Positions 1-9,395 of a DNA stretch of 39,724 bases are shown here, piece after piece. Origin of the DNA: an uncultured archaeon (GTDB taxonomy: Archaea > Asgardarchaeota > Thorarchaeia > Thorarchaeales > Thorarchaeaceae). Within the stretch, counting starts at the first letter, position 1. The number at the start of each line of letters is the position of its first letter. The notes beneath the pieces are model-generated. The model did no database searches and was not told where the DNA came from. It saw only the letters and a program-made list of their open reading frames with translations. The DNA is taken from positions 1-39,724 of the forward strand of contig CAZVZC010000016.1 in NCBI GenBank assembly GCA_964631415.1. The letters run 5' to 3'. A program made the translations under genes and the position numbers.

Positions 1-96
1 GAGAAGGAGTTGGCAGACAAAGACAAGGAGGGCAAGTTGCCGCCGCTCTATGACGGCCACAAGACAGAGCTGTACTCTAGGGGTGAGTTCCTGTGA
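1..96 (+). CDS. 3' end of a gene truncated by the window edge (...EKELADKDKEGKLPPLYDGHKTELYSRGEFL*); possibly the Fe-S partner of AOR
   Basis: Frame 1 is open to TGA 94-96, which overlaps the GTG start of aor (GTGA coupling). The product is a guess from context. Confidence 0.55.
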   Translation, partial: EKELADKDKEGKLPPLYDGHKTELYSRGEFL

Positions 97-1949
97 TCAC
101 AGGAGTTGGCGGTCAGGCGCTATACATAGATCTTACAAGCGAGAGAATCAAGAAGAAACCCCTCGATGAACAAGTCGTCAGGAAGTACCTCTTGGGTGCA
201 GGGTTCCTGTCAAGGACTCTCTTCGATATGATCCCTGATGGGACGGACCCTCTTGGCCCAGAAAACGTTCTCGGCTTTGCTACCGGGCTCCTCACAGGTT
301 CCATGTTTCCGCAGTCGTCAAGACATGTTATTGCGGCATTGTCCCCTCTCACTGGGATATGGGGAGAAAGCCACGCCGCGGGATTCTGGGGGCCGGAACT
401 CAAGCTCGCTGGATACGACTCAATCATATTCACCGGCGCCGCTCGGAAGCCCGTCTACCTCCAGATTCAGGACTCGACCGTGGAACTCCTCGACGCATCA
501 TCTGTCTGGGGTCATGACGTCTTTGAAACCGATACGATGCTCAAAGCCAAACATGGGAGGAACTGCCGGGTCCTCTCCATTGGGCAGGCCGGAGAGAATC
601 TAGTTCGTTTTGCCGCCGTGATGAATGACAGGGACAGGGCATCTGCCCGTTCTGGCATTGGTGCAGTGATGGGGTCCAAGAATCTCAAAGCGATATGCGT
701 GAAGGGAACAGGCAAGCTCGAAGTCGCAGAGCCACGCACTTACCTGAAGCAGATGGACGAGCTCCACAGGAGAATGCTAGCCAATCCCTTCACTCCGGGC
801 CGAGCTGAGTTTGGGACCACTAGCCTGATAGAACTCATGCAGCACATAGGCCGACTGCCGACCTACAACATGCGGCAAGGGGTGTTCGACGGCTATGACA
901 AGATAGGCGGACATGCCGTCAACCAAGGTCATCTCATAAAACCCAGGGCGGATTGGAGCTGCTTGCAGAGATGCGGCCGCTTCACTTGTGTGTCAGACGG
1001 GCCGTACGCCTACACAGGGGGGTCTCCCGAGTTCGAGAGTCAGGCTGCCCTCGGTTCGCGTTGCGGAAATGACAATCTGGAGTCAGTCCTATACAGCCAT
1101 CACTTGGCCAATCGTTATGGAATGGACACGATATCTCTCGGTGGTACGATATCCTGGGCAATGGAGGCCTGGGAGGAAGGTCTCCTCACAGAAGAGGACA
1201 CCGGTGGAATCGATCTCGGCTGGGGCAACCATGAGTCAATCGTTAAGCTGACCAAGATGATTGCCTTCAGAGAGGGGTTTGGTGACCTGCTTGCAGAGGG
1301 GAGTGCTAGAGCAGCAGAGAAGATTGGACGAGGAAGCGAGAGGTTCGTCATGGCTGTGAAGAAGCAGGAGATAGCTGGACAGGAACCTCGTGCTCAGAAG
1401 TCGATGGGGCTCGCCGCGGTCACTGCCGCTAGAGGTGCCGACCATCTCTACGGTTTTCCTGTATTAGATGAGGTGGGGTTTGATGATGAGATCAGAAAAC
1501 GCTTCGGAGAGCAGTACCTTCCTCAGATGGCGGATAGACTCGACCCCACATACAAGGGCATCATGGTGAAAGAGTGTGAGGACTTCATGGTGGTGGTTGA
1601 GAGCGTGGGCCTCTGTAAGTACGGCACACAGATTCCTCCCGAGTTCTACTATGCAGATGTCGCACTTGGACTGAAGATACACAATGGCCTCGATATCTCT
1701 GTGGAGCAGTTGAAGACGATTGGAGAGCGAATAGTGAACCTCAATCGCTTGTTCAATGCAAGGTTCGGGATTACGCGAAAGGACGACACGCTGCCAGAGA
1801 GACTGACAAAGGAGAAGGCACCAGTCGGTCCCTCAAAGGGTCAAGTGGTCGAGCTGGACAGAATGCTCGACGAGTACTACAGCTCTAGGGGCTGGAATCT
1901 AAAGACAGGCTTGCCGCTCAAGAGCACACTGAAGAGACTCGCACTCTAG
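93..1949 (+). CDS. aor: Tungsten-dependent aldehyde:ferredoxin oxidoreductase family protein
   Basis: Motifs DPLGPENVL, SPLTG, IGQAGENLVRFA, GAVMGSKNLKA, GMDTIS, RGADH, DDTLPERL and MLDEYY..RGW. Confidence 0.93.
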   Translation: MITGVGGQALYIDLTSERIKKKPLDEQVVRKYLLGAGFLSRTLFDMIPDGTDPLGPENVLGFATGLLTGSMFPQSSRHVIAALSPLTGIWGESHAAGFWGPELKLAGYDSIIFTGAARKPVYLQIQDSTVELLDASSVWGHDVFETDTMLKAKHGRNCRVLSIGQAGENLVRFAAVMNDRDRASARSGIGAVMGSKNLKAICVKGTGKLEVAEPRTYLKQMDELHRRMLANPFTPGRAEFGTTSLIELMQHIGRLPTYNMRQGVFDGYDKIGGHAVNQGHLIKPRADWSCLQRCGRFTCVSDGPYAYTGGSPEFESQAALGSRCGNDNLESVLYSHHLANRYGMDTISLGGTISWAMEAWEEGLLTEEDTGGIDLGWGNHESIVKLTKMIAFREGFGDLLAEGSARAAEKIGRGSERFVMAVKKQEIAGQEPRAQKSMGLAAVTAARGADHLYGFPVLDEVGFDDEIRKRFGEQYLPQMADRLDPTYKGIMVKECEDFMVVVESVGLCKYGTQIPPEFYYADVALGLKIHNGLDISVEQLKTIGERIVNLNRLFNARFGITRKDDTLPERLTKEKAPVGPSKGQVVELDRMLDEYYSSRGWNLKTGLPLKSTLKRLAL

Positions 1950-2048
1950 CCGGATGGACCAGTCCAAGCTCCTGACGGTGGATGGTTCGAGCCCAGACTC
2001 CGGGGGCGGGATCTAGGAGCACATTCGCTCCCCATGCATCTGGCAGTT

Positions 2049-2294
2049 CTAGTCACAAGCCGCACAGACATTAGTCACAGTGTCTCTCACACCATCAACT
2101 TTCCTGAGTGTGTCCACCACGAACAAGCTTAGGGCCTCGGGTGTCTTGAAGCTGGCCTTAATCAGGAGGTCATACGCACCGTATATGATATAGGCCTCCT
2201 CCACTCCCTCAAGCTTCTTCACAAGCTGGAGAATGCTACGCGATTTGGATGATTCGGTCTTCGCCATGATGAATGCAGTGATCACCGTTCTCAC
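2049..2294 (-). CDS. Lrp/AsnC ligand-binding (RAM) domain protein
   Basis: LEGVEEAYIIYGAYDLLIK...LRKVDGVRDTVT. Stand-alone RAM domain, divergent from the hydrogenase operon. Confidence 0.85.
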   Translation of the reverse strand: MRTVITAFIMAKTESSKSRSILQLVKKLEGVEEAYIIYGAYDLLIKASFKTPEALSLFVVDTLRKVDGVRDTVTNVCAACD

Positions 2295-2452
2295 TCACCA
2301 AAAGGGCAGAATCACAGTGAGGCCGATGCATGCCGATAAACATATTCATCATGGCGAGCATAGGCGCATGAATCTCGCAGGACGACGTACTCCTCAGACT
2401 AGGACCGTCCTCAAGCAGGAATCTTTAAAGAACTGGACGGGTCCCGCCTGAG

Positions 2453-2944
2453 ATGCCCACGGGGGTCTCGAATGGTTTGACAGCGGCAGGTCAGAAATCG
2501 ACCAGCAGTCAGAAACCAAAGACAAGGGTAGAGGACAAATTCGAGCCCCGAATTCTGGCCTTCTGCTGCAACTGGTGTTCCTATGCAGGTGCAGACCTTG
2601 CAGGCACCAGCCGAATGCAGATGCCTCCGAATATGCGAATCATCAGGGTCAACTGCACCGGACGCATAGACCCCGTCTTTGTTCTTGATGCACTCAACCA
2701 AGGTGCAGACGGCGTGCTCATCTCAGGCTGTCATCCAGGGGACTGCCACTATACAACCGGGAATCTGAAGATGAAGTCACGCTTCGCCCTTCTCCAGAAG
2801 ATGCTTGAGGAGGCAGGCATCGAACCAGAGAGAGTCCATCTTCAGTGGGCGAGCGCAGCAGAAGGCGATGTCTTCACGCAAGGTGTTACATCGATGGTGG
2901 AGCGAATCAAAGCTCTGGGGCCGAATCCCGTAAGGAAGGACTAA
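2453..2944 (+). CDS. mvhD: Methyl-viologen-reducing hydrogenase delta subunit, [2Fe-2S], all-Cys form
   Basis: FCCNWCSYAGADLAG, RVNCTGR, GADGVLISGCHPGDCHY, WASAAEG. The exact start is uncertain. Confidence 0.93.
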   Translation: MPTGVSNGLTAAGQKSTSSQKPKTRVEDKFEPRILAFCCNWCSYAGADLAGTSRMQMPPNMRIIRVNCTGRIDPVFVLDALNQGADGVLISGCHPGDCHYTTGNLKMKSRFALLQKMLEEAGIEPERVHLQWASAAEGDVFTQGVTSMVERIKALGPNPVRKD

Positions 2945-2950
2945 TGAAAG

Positions 2951-3865
2951 ATGACCAAACGCATTGCGCTGGCCCAACTGACCTCATGCTGGGGCTGTGA
3001 TCAGTCACTAGTCGATCTGCATCTTGGACTGTTGAGTGTACTGCCCGAGGTAGAGATAGTCTTTTGGCCTGCAGTAGTCGACTTCAAGTTCAAGGACCTT
3101 GAGTCAATGCCTGACCAGTCGATCCACATTGGGCTTGTGGAGGGAAGCTGCAGGACCGAGGAGGACGTTCACCTACTCAAAGTCATGAGAGAGAAGAGCA
3201 AGACCCTTGTCGCGTGGGGGGTATGTTCATGCTATGGAGGCATTCAGGGTCTCGCGAACCAGTGGAACCTCGAGGAGCTGGTCGACAGGAAGTTCATGAA
3301 GGCGGACACAGTCACCGACCCACGAGTACCCTCTGAGAACGTTCCGGCTTTCATGGAAGCCATACAGCCGAACACTGACATCGTGGAGTTCGATGTCATG
3401 TTGCCCGGGTGTCCTCCAACCAGCAAGAACCTGTTCGATGCTCTCACTGCTCTCATCTCAGGAAAGCCCTTTGACCTTCCTGAGAAGAGCGTGTGTGATC
3501 AGTGTAGTAAGGTGAAACAGGACAAGCACATCAAGGAGTTCCACAGGACTCATGAAGGACACATCGACCCCAGCAAATGCCTCCTCGATCAAGGGTATCT
3601 CTGTCTAGGCTTCGCAACAATAGGGCTCTGTGGGGCTATCTGTCCGAATGTGAACACACCATGTAAGGGATGCTTTGGACCTGTCGTCAGGGTCCGTGAC
3701 CATGGTGCCAAGATCATCTCAGCTCTGGGGGCCATTGCTGAGATGGAGCCTGAGAAACTGAAACAGTCATTCCCAGATCCGATTGGATCGTTCTACTTCA
3801 CGGACTATGCGGCCTCGTACCTCTCGAGGATCCGGACGGAAACGCGGAGGAAGAAGAAGAGATGA
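2951..3865 (+). CDS. vhuG: F420-non-reducing [NiFe(Se)] hydrogenase small subunit
   Basis: SCWGC, VEGS, GVCSCYGG, PGCPP, VCDQC, CLLDQGYLCLG, CPNVNTPCKGCFG. Confidence 0.92.
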   Translation: MTKRIALAQLTSCWGCDQSLVDLHLGLLSVLPEVEIVFWPAVVDFKFKDLESMPDQSIHIGLVEGSCRTEEDVHLLKVMREKSKTLVAWGVCSCYGGIQGLANQWNLEELVDRKFMKADTVTDPRVPSENVPAFMEAIQPNTDIVEFDVMLPGCPPTSKNLFDALTALISGKPFDLPEKSVCDQCSKVKQDKHIKEFHRTHEGHIDPSKCLLDQGYLCLGFATIGLCGAICPNVNTPCKGCFGPVVRVRDHGAKIISALGAIAEMEPEKLKQSFPDPIGSFYFTDYAASYLSRIRTETRRKKKR

Positions 3866-5175
3866 CGGGCGAGAAGACTGTCAAGATATCGCCTGTGACC
3901 AGACTTGAGGGTCATGGTGACATCACCATTAAACTGGGCAAGGACGGAAAGGTGAAAGAGGCCCAGTTCAACATCACGTCCACCCGGTTCTTCGAGAAGT
4001 TCCTTGAGGGGAGGTTTGCAGAGGAAGCACCAAGGTTTGCACCAAGGATATGCGGCATCTGTCCTGAGCCCCATCACTTGGCCTCCGTGAAGGCCGTGGA
4101 GGAGGCGTGGGGCATCACTCCACCTCCTGCGGCTGTGAAAGTGAGAAGGCTTCTGATCAATGCCAAGCAGCTCAGCAGTCATGCACTTCACTTCTTTGCT
4201 CTTGCGGCTCCGGACTTCTTGGTCGGGCCATTTGCAGAGCCTGCAAAGAGAAATCTGGTCACTATAGCCAAGGCCATGCCGGATGTTGGCAAGATGGCCC
4301 TCCAGATGATGCAGTTTGGCCAGGAACTGGCTGCAGCAATTGGTGGAACTGCCATTCATCCTGTGACGGCCATCCCCGGTGGCATGTTGAATCCATTCTC
4401 AGAGGAGAACCGGGACAAGTTCCTGAAACAGATAGGGGACATCAAGCAGTGGACCGCTGACACACTCACATTGGCCAAGAAGATCTTCGAGGACTACTGG
4501 GATGCCATTACCAAGCTCGGAGTAGTCCAGACGTACTATATCGGGACTCACAACAAAGGGGCTCACGAGATATATGATGGCAGTATCAGAGTGATGGACC
4601 CCGATGGCAGCGTTGTGGCCGACATCAAGCCGAAGGACTATCGCAAGTGCTTCGCAGAGTATGTGCCTGAACACTCCTATGCCACGCATGTGTACTACAA
4701 GCCAGTGGGATACCCAGATGGGGTCTGGCGGGCTGGCACTCTTGCGCGCATCAATGTAGTGGACAAGATGGCCACTCCTCTCGCCCAAGAGGCGTTCGAA
4801 GAGATGAGAAACAGACTCGGCCATCCCATCCATGCGACATTCGCATATCATTGGGCCCGGATCGTGGAACTTGTCCAAGCAATGGAAGAAATGGAGCTCC
4901 TGCTGAAGGACCCCCAAATAGTGAGCAAGGACGTCAAGTTGTCAGAGGTCCTGCCGAAGAAGGGCGATGGTGTAGGATGTGTTGAGGCGCCCAGAGGAAC
5001 ACTCATCCATCACTACTGGACCGACGAACAAGGAATCATCACGAAGGCAAACATGATAGTCGCCACAAACAACAATGTCGGCGGCATTGAGAAGACTCTG
5101 ATGGAAGTAGCCAAGCAGGTCTTTGAGCAGAAGACACACCAGAAACTGAAACTGCCCAAACCCATGATAGGCTAG
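3862..5175 (+). CDS. vhuA: [NiFeSe] hydrogenase large subunit lacking the C-terminal metal-binding motif (split VhuA type)
   Basis: TRLEGHG, RICGIC and EAPRGTLIHHY are present. The protein ends KLPKPMIG with no DPCxxC. Confidence 0.93.
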   Translation: MTGEKTVKISPVTRLEGHGDITIKLGKDGKVKEAQFNITSTRFFEKFLEGRFAEEAPRFAPRICGICPEPHHLASVKAVEEAWGITPPPAAVKVRRLLINAKQLSSHALHFFALAAPDFLVGPFAEPAKRNLVTIAKAMPDVGKMALQMMQFGQELAAAIGGTAIHPVTAIPGGMLNPFSEENRDKFLKQIGDIKQWTADTLTLAKKIFEDYWDAITKLGVVQTYYIGTHNKGAHEIYDGSIRVMDPDGSVVADIKPKDYRKCFAEYVPEHSYATHVYYKPVGYPDGVWRAGTLARINVVDKMATPLAQEAFEEMRNRLGHPIHATFAYHWARIVELVQAMEEMELLLKDPQIVSKDVKLSEVLPKKGDGVGCVEAPRGTLIHHYWTDEQGIITKANMIVATNNNVGGIEKTLMEVAKQVFEQKTHQKLKLPKPMIG

Positions 5176-5187
5176 GAGAAAATCAAG

Positions 5188-5340
5188 ATGACGGACGAGA
5201 TACCTGAAGGCGTACTGAACCTCCTTGAGATGGTAGTACGCTGCTATGACTGCTGACTATCGTGCGCCGCTCACATCGTCATAGTGGACGACGAGGGGCG
5301 CGAGATAGCAAGGAGAGAGCTCGTGACTGGCAGTGAATGA
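5188..5340 (+). CDS. vhuU: Selenoprotein VhuU, 50 aa: MTDEIPEGVLNLLEMVVRCYDCULSCAAHIVIVDDEGREIARRELVTGSE
   Basis: AGGAG precedes ATG 5188. In-frame TGA 5254-5256 lies in RxYDx-U-xSCxxH, the motif missing from VhuA. The frame stays open to TGA 5338-5340. Absent from the ORF track. Confidence 0.93.
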
Positions 5341-5374
5341 TGGCATAGTCACAAACCTCTGGACTAAGCCTGAC
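5337..5374 (+). promoter_or_regulatory. Eukaryote-type SECIS element of vhuU
   Basis: AUGAU core, stem GGC(A)UAGUC/GACUA(A)GCC, loop ACAAACCUCUG and 3' core UGAC, about 80 nt downstream of the Sec codon. Confidence 0.82.
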
Positions 5375-5430
5375 AGCCCTCGCAATGGGCTCGCCGGTCG
5401 AAGCTCTCACCACTAGCTCTATTGTCCAAT

Positions 5431-8334
5431 CTACTCAAGGAAGAGAGATACCCTACCAGGAAGAGCAAAACGCGCCTTGTTCTGTGGGTCATTCTGCGGC
5501 TTTTCAGCAGATTGAATCACTATCTCTAGGCCAAGTTCCGACTTCAAGTACTCGACTGAACTCTGCAGCGTTAGGATCTCGTCCTTGGCGCTTGCGGAGT
5601 AGCCCCAGAGCCCATTCTCTTTTGCCATTCGGTCCACTAACATCTTGACCTCTTTGCCATACTGCTTGAAGATGGGGTTTGACATCAAGTGTTTCATGAC
5701 ATCGCCGACAATCATTGGCAGCTTGGCGTTTCGGACGCTATCCATGGCATCAAACATCCATTGAGGCGCTACATAGATGTTGACTCTCTTTGGAGTCTTC
5801 TCCTTCAGAAGCTTCGAAATCTCGCGCACGTCACGTATCGTCGCTTCGACCACCTCCTGCGCTCGTTCTGCCGGCAAATCAATCATCTTCTTGTCCGCCT
5901 TGGGCCATGGCGCAAGAGAAACATACCCTTCATGCTTCATCTTCGACCACAGCTCTTCGCAGATGTGGGGAGCTATAGGGGTAACTAGACGGACCCAGAT
6001 GTCGCATGCGTATGCCATGGCGGCCTCACGCTCTTCCTTCGGCACCTCGGGGCGGTCCACGTACTGACTCACAATACGTTGCATCTCTGATGTCACAAGC
6101 AATGCATAATCCCTGAGCTTGAAGCTGTCAAAGCTCTCTGTACTGTCTTCTACCAGCGAGTTAACCTTGGACAGAAACCACCGGGTCATCATGGCAGGCC
6201 TGTCCTTCTTGGTGTACGCCTTCGGAGTCTTTGTCGCGTACTGCTTGACTGTTTCAATGAACTGAGCAACCCTGTTCTTGACTACAGGTACGTCCCTCTC
6301 GCGCCAGTCCATGAGAGTGCCCGGCTCAGCGGCCGAAATGACATAGGTACGATACACGTCAGCACCATACTTCTTCGGAATCTCCACAAGCGGGATGACA
6401 TTGCCCTTGCTCTTTGACATCTTCATCCCCTCCATGTTCACGTGCTCGTTCAAGCTGATGCATCTCAGCCAGTGCTTTCGCGGAAATATCGCGACATGGT
6501 GAAAGATGGCGAAGCTCAGGTGGTTCGATATGTGTGATGGCGCCGTATGTCGCTGGTCGTTCGGATACCAGTAGAGGAATTCATCGTGCATTGACTTCAG
6601 GAGATCAGTGCTCACACCCGTGTCTTCTGAGACCTTCTTCAGGTCACCCTTGCTCAGGAAAACGTAGTCAAAGAAACTCAATGTCAGCTGCTCTGGCTTC
6701 AGCTTGTTCCCTGTTATCTTATGGGCTATGGTGTAGAACGCCATGTAGATCGTGGAGTCTGACAGTGATTCGATGATCCACTCCTCATCGAAGGGAAGCC
6801 GGGTGCCGATTCCTCGCTTTCTCGCGCAGGGCCTCTGGGTCAGCCAGTCAAAGGTGGCCTCGAAGAGGTTCCTGAAGGTGTTTGGCACAATCTGCATTGA
6901 GTCTAATGCGCTACGTGCCAGATCCTTCCAGCCCGGACTCATGTAGTCCAAGAACCACTGGCCGGCGAAGACACCGACTTGGACATCTGTTCCGCATTTG
7001 CAGACGACAGGCCTCTTATCGGGTTCGTAGAAGACATCAACGCGATTGTTTGACCTCATCCAGTTTACGACATCGTCTTTGACTTCCTTGATTGCCCTGC
7101 CAGAGAACTGACCGCAGTTGTTTCTCATCACACCCTCGTAGAATTCGGCCTTGTAGATCTCTTGGGTGGCCTCCTCCAGCTTCTGAGCCTCTGCCTGTGA
7201 CTTGATACCTCTCTCTTCGACGGTATCTTTGGCTGGAAACTCACTGTATCCCTTGATGTCAATCATGCCGATGATCTTGATACTCCGAACGTCCTCAGGC
7301 GAAATCCCGTATCGCTCTAGGCCTGAGGGATCCTCCCAAAGGTCACGGAGTGCAACATAGTCGAAAGGCGCGTGGCCGGGAACGGAGTAGACCACACCAG
7401 TGGCATTCTGTGGGTCCACAAAGTCAGCTGGCAGGATTGGAATCTCATGCTCGTCATGCACCGCCCGGAACTTCTTGCCAACTATTCTGGCCCCGGGAAA
7501 CGACTCAATCACTTCTACCTTCTTGGCTTGCAGTCTCAGCTTCTCGACTGCTGCGGATGAGATGACCCACTTCTCGCCGTTGACTCGGGCCCACACGTAG
7601 GTTGCATGAGGGTTGATCCACATGTTTGTGACACCAAATATGGTTTCAGGCCGGAGGGTCGCAGGCACTATGAATCCATCTTCGAACCCGAACTTGATCG
7701 CCGTGAACTCCTTGATCTTGGCATCCTCACCCTTCAGCAGGTCGTCCTCTCCGACTGGATTGCCATCGTGAGGGCAGTATAGTAGTGGATAGGAACCTTG
7801 TCGGATGTATCCCTTGTCCATGAACTTGTGATACTGCCATGTCACGAACTTGTTGTAGATCTTATCACCAGTCGTGAACTTCCTACGCCAGTCAATACTG
7901 TAACCAAGGGCCTTGAAGTCGGCAGAGATGGCATCCGCAAAGAACTTGGCCGTCACCCAAGGGTCAGTGAACTTCCGCAGCTGCTCCTCGACTTCCTCCT
8001 CTGTCTTCAGATAGAGTCTCAGGTCTCGCTTATATTGTTCAATCGCATCATGGTCGCCTGCTTTGATCCTCTCCACCATTCCTAGGATTGGTGTGCCGGT
8101 CATATGAGAGGCCATTGGGAACAGTACATTGTATCCCCTCATCCGCTTGTAACGGGCTATCAAATCCCCCACAGTGTATGTCCTGCCATGACCGATGTGC
8201 AAAGCACCATTTGTGTACGGATATGGTACAGTAAGGAAGAACTTGGGCTTGTCGGGGTCGGGGTCCGCTTCGAAGATCTTGTCCCTTTCCCAGCGCTTTT
8301 GCCATTTCCTTTCGATCTCGGCGTATTCACTCAT
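5431..8334 (-). CDS. leuS: Leucine--tRNA ligase (archaeal/eukaryotic type)
   Basis: PYPYTNGALHIGH, ATLRPET, GTGVV-like ATGVVYSVPGHAPFDY, IESLSDSTIYMAFYT, KMSKSKGN. Start moved to MSEYAEIERKW. Confidence 0.97.
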   Translation of the reverse strand: MSEYAEIERKWQKRWERDKIFEADPDPDKPKFFLTVPYPYTNGALHIGHGRTYTVGDLIARYKRMRGYNVLFPMASHMTGTPILGMVERIKAGDHDAIEQYKRDLRLYLKTEEEVEEQLRKFTDPWVTAKFFADAISADFKALGYSIDWRRKFTTGDKIYNKFVTWQYHKFMDKGYIRQGSYPLLYCPHDGNPVGEDDLLKGEDAKIKEFTAIKFGFEDGFIVPATLRPETIFGVTNMWINPHATYVWARVNGEKWVISSAAVEKLRLQAKKVEVIESFPGARIVGKKFRAVHDEHEIPILPADFVDPQNATGVVYSVPGHAPFDYVALRDLWEDPSGLERYGISPEDVRSIKIIGMIDIKGYSEFPAKDTVEERGIKSQAEAQKLEEATQEIYKAEFYEGVMRNNCGQFSGRAIKEVKDDVVNWMRSNNRVDVFYEPDKRPVVCKCGTDVQVGVFAGQWFLDYMSPGWKDLARSALDSMQIVPNTFRNLFEATFDWLTQRPCARKRGIGTRLPFDEEWIIESLSDSTIYMAFYTIAHKITGNKLKPEQLTLSFFDYVFLSKGDLKKVSEDTGVSTDLLKSMHDEFLYWYPNDQRHTAPSHISNHLSFAIFHHVAIFPRKHWLRCISLNEHVNMEGMKMSKSKGNVIPLVEIPKKYGADVYRTYVISAAEPGTLMDWRERDVPVVKNRVAQFIETVKQYATKTPKAYTKKDRPAMMTRWFLSKVNSLVEDSTESFDSFKLRDYALLVTSEMQRIVSQYVDRPEVPKEEREAAMAYACDIWVRLVTPIAPHICEELWSKMKHEGYVSLAPWPKADKKMIDLPAERAQEVVEATIRDVREISKLLKEKTPKRVNIYVAPQWMFDAMDSVRNAKLPMIVGDVMKHLMSNPIFKQYGKEVKMLVDRMAKENGLWGYSASAKDEILTLQSSVEYLKSELGLEIVIQSAEKPQNDPQNKARFALPGRVSLFLE

Positions 8335-8608
8335 GTCTGAAGGCCTCGACAGACGTTGAATCACTAAAGGAGCCGGATGCGGTACCTGCTATAAAGGACT
8401 CGAAGAAGAAGCAAATATCATGGACAGAGAACGCAATCCATCCTTGGCTCACTCGTGCATCCGGGCTCATGGACTGTCTAATAGAGCTTTGGATGAATCA
8501 AGTTGACCTTCACGCTATAACTCGGGGTATGCTTGCCTTGAGAGCAGATTGCTGATCATCAAGTCAACATGAATAGAGTGAAAAAGGCTTGAATGGGGCA
8601 ACGCGCCC

Positions 8609-9274
8609 ATGAGCATGGGCTGGATGATGCACCCCTCGGGAGAGTTCATAGATGTCCACGAACACTTGATGGGCCATCAGGAAACTCTGACACTTCTTCA
8701 GGCTGTGGAGAAAGACTTCGATGTCCGTAGGTATTGTAGCGGAAACAACGTAGGAGGAAGGTGGATCTTCCAGATTTTCAGCAAAGAGTTCGTGACAGAG
8801 CTGGCTCAAATCATAAAGGCGGTTCTACTGCGCACGGACAAACCGGGTCCTGTCTTAGAGGTGATGGCGGGCGATGGAAAACTCACTGAGTTCTTGAAAC
8901 CGCTGCTAGATAGACAGACGATTGCGACAGACAGCAGAGATGGACGTTACAACATAGCCTACCCCAAGTGGGTGGAAAGATTGGACGCGCTGGAGGCGAT
9001 AGCACACTACAGCCCATCAGTTGTCATTGTATGCTGGGAACCTTACCTGTCGATGGCAGGGCTAGATGTCATCAAGAAACGAATACCGACCCTGTGGATA
9101 GGCGATCCCCAATGGTGTGGGCACCAGGACCTCTTCAAGAGGCGTTCCATCAAGAGGGAGAGCGAGTATGCACTCTGTCGGCACGATGACCTTGCAGGCA
9201 GCACTTTCAGAAGTGACATATTCTTGTTCAACTGCAGAAGCAAGTGGTTCATCAATCAACAGGCTGAACGGTGA
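8609..9274 (+). CDS. Hypothetical protein with a SAM-methyltransferase-like motif I
   Basis: VLEVMAGDGKLT followed by IATD and VERLDALEAI, a Rossmann-like pattern. Confidence 0.6.
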   Translation: MSMGWMMHPSGEFIDVHEHLMGHQETLTLLQAVEKDFDVRRYCSGNNVGGRWIFQIFSKEFVTELAQIIKAVLLRTDKPGPVLEVMAGDGKLTEFLKPLLDRQTIATDSRDGRYNIAYPKWVERLDALEAIAHYSPSVVIVCWEPYLSMAGLDVIKKRIPTLWIGDPQWCGHQDLFKRRSIKRESEYALCRHDDLAGSTFRSDIFLFNCRSKWFINQQAER

Positions 9275-9395
9275 GTCGTCGAGGGAACGCGGAAGACGTG
9301 TGCCTCTCCACCTTCGGAACCTACTTCGAGTCTGTATTGTGCGCCCTCCCGTCTAGTTTATTTCTTGGCGATGGCGTCCTAGTAACGGTGATGTC

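Noticed and set aside
1950-2048. GGTTCGAGCCC T-loop-like word inside a GCTCCT...AGGAGC hairpin
   Set aside because: No cloverleaf or anticodon arm can be built. It is more likely a structure between convergent genes.
2453-2944. MvhD/VhuD as a selenoprotein
   Set aside because: All ligand positions are TGC/TGT and there is no in-frame TGA.
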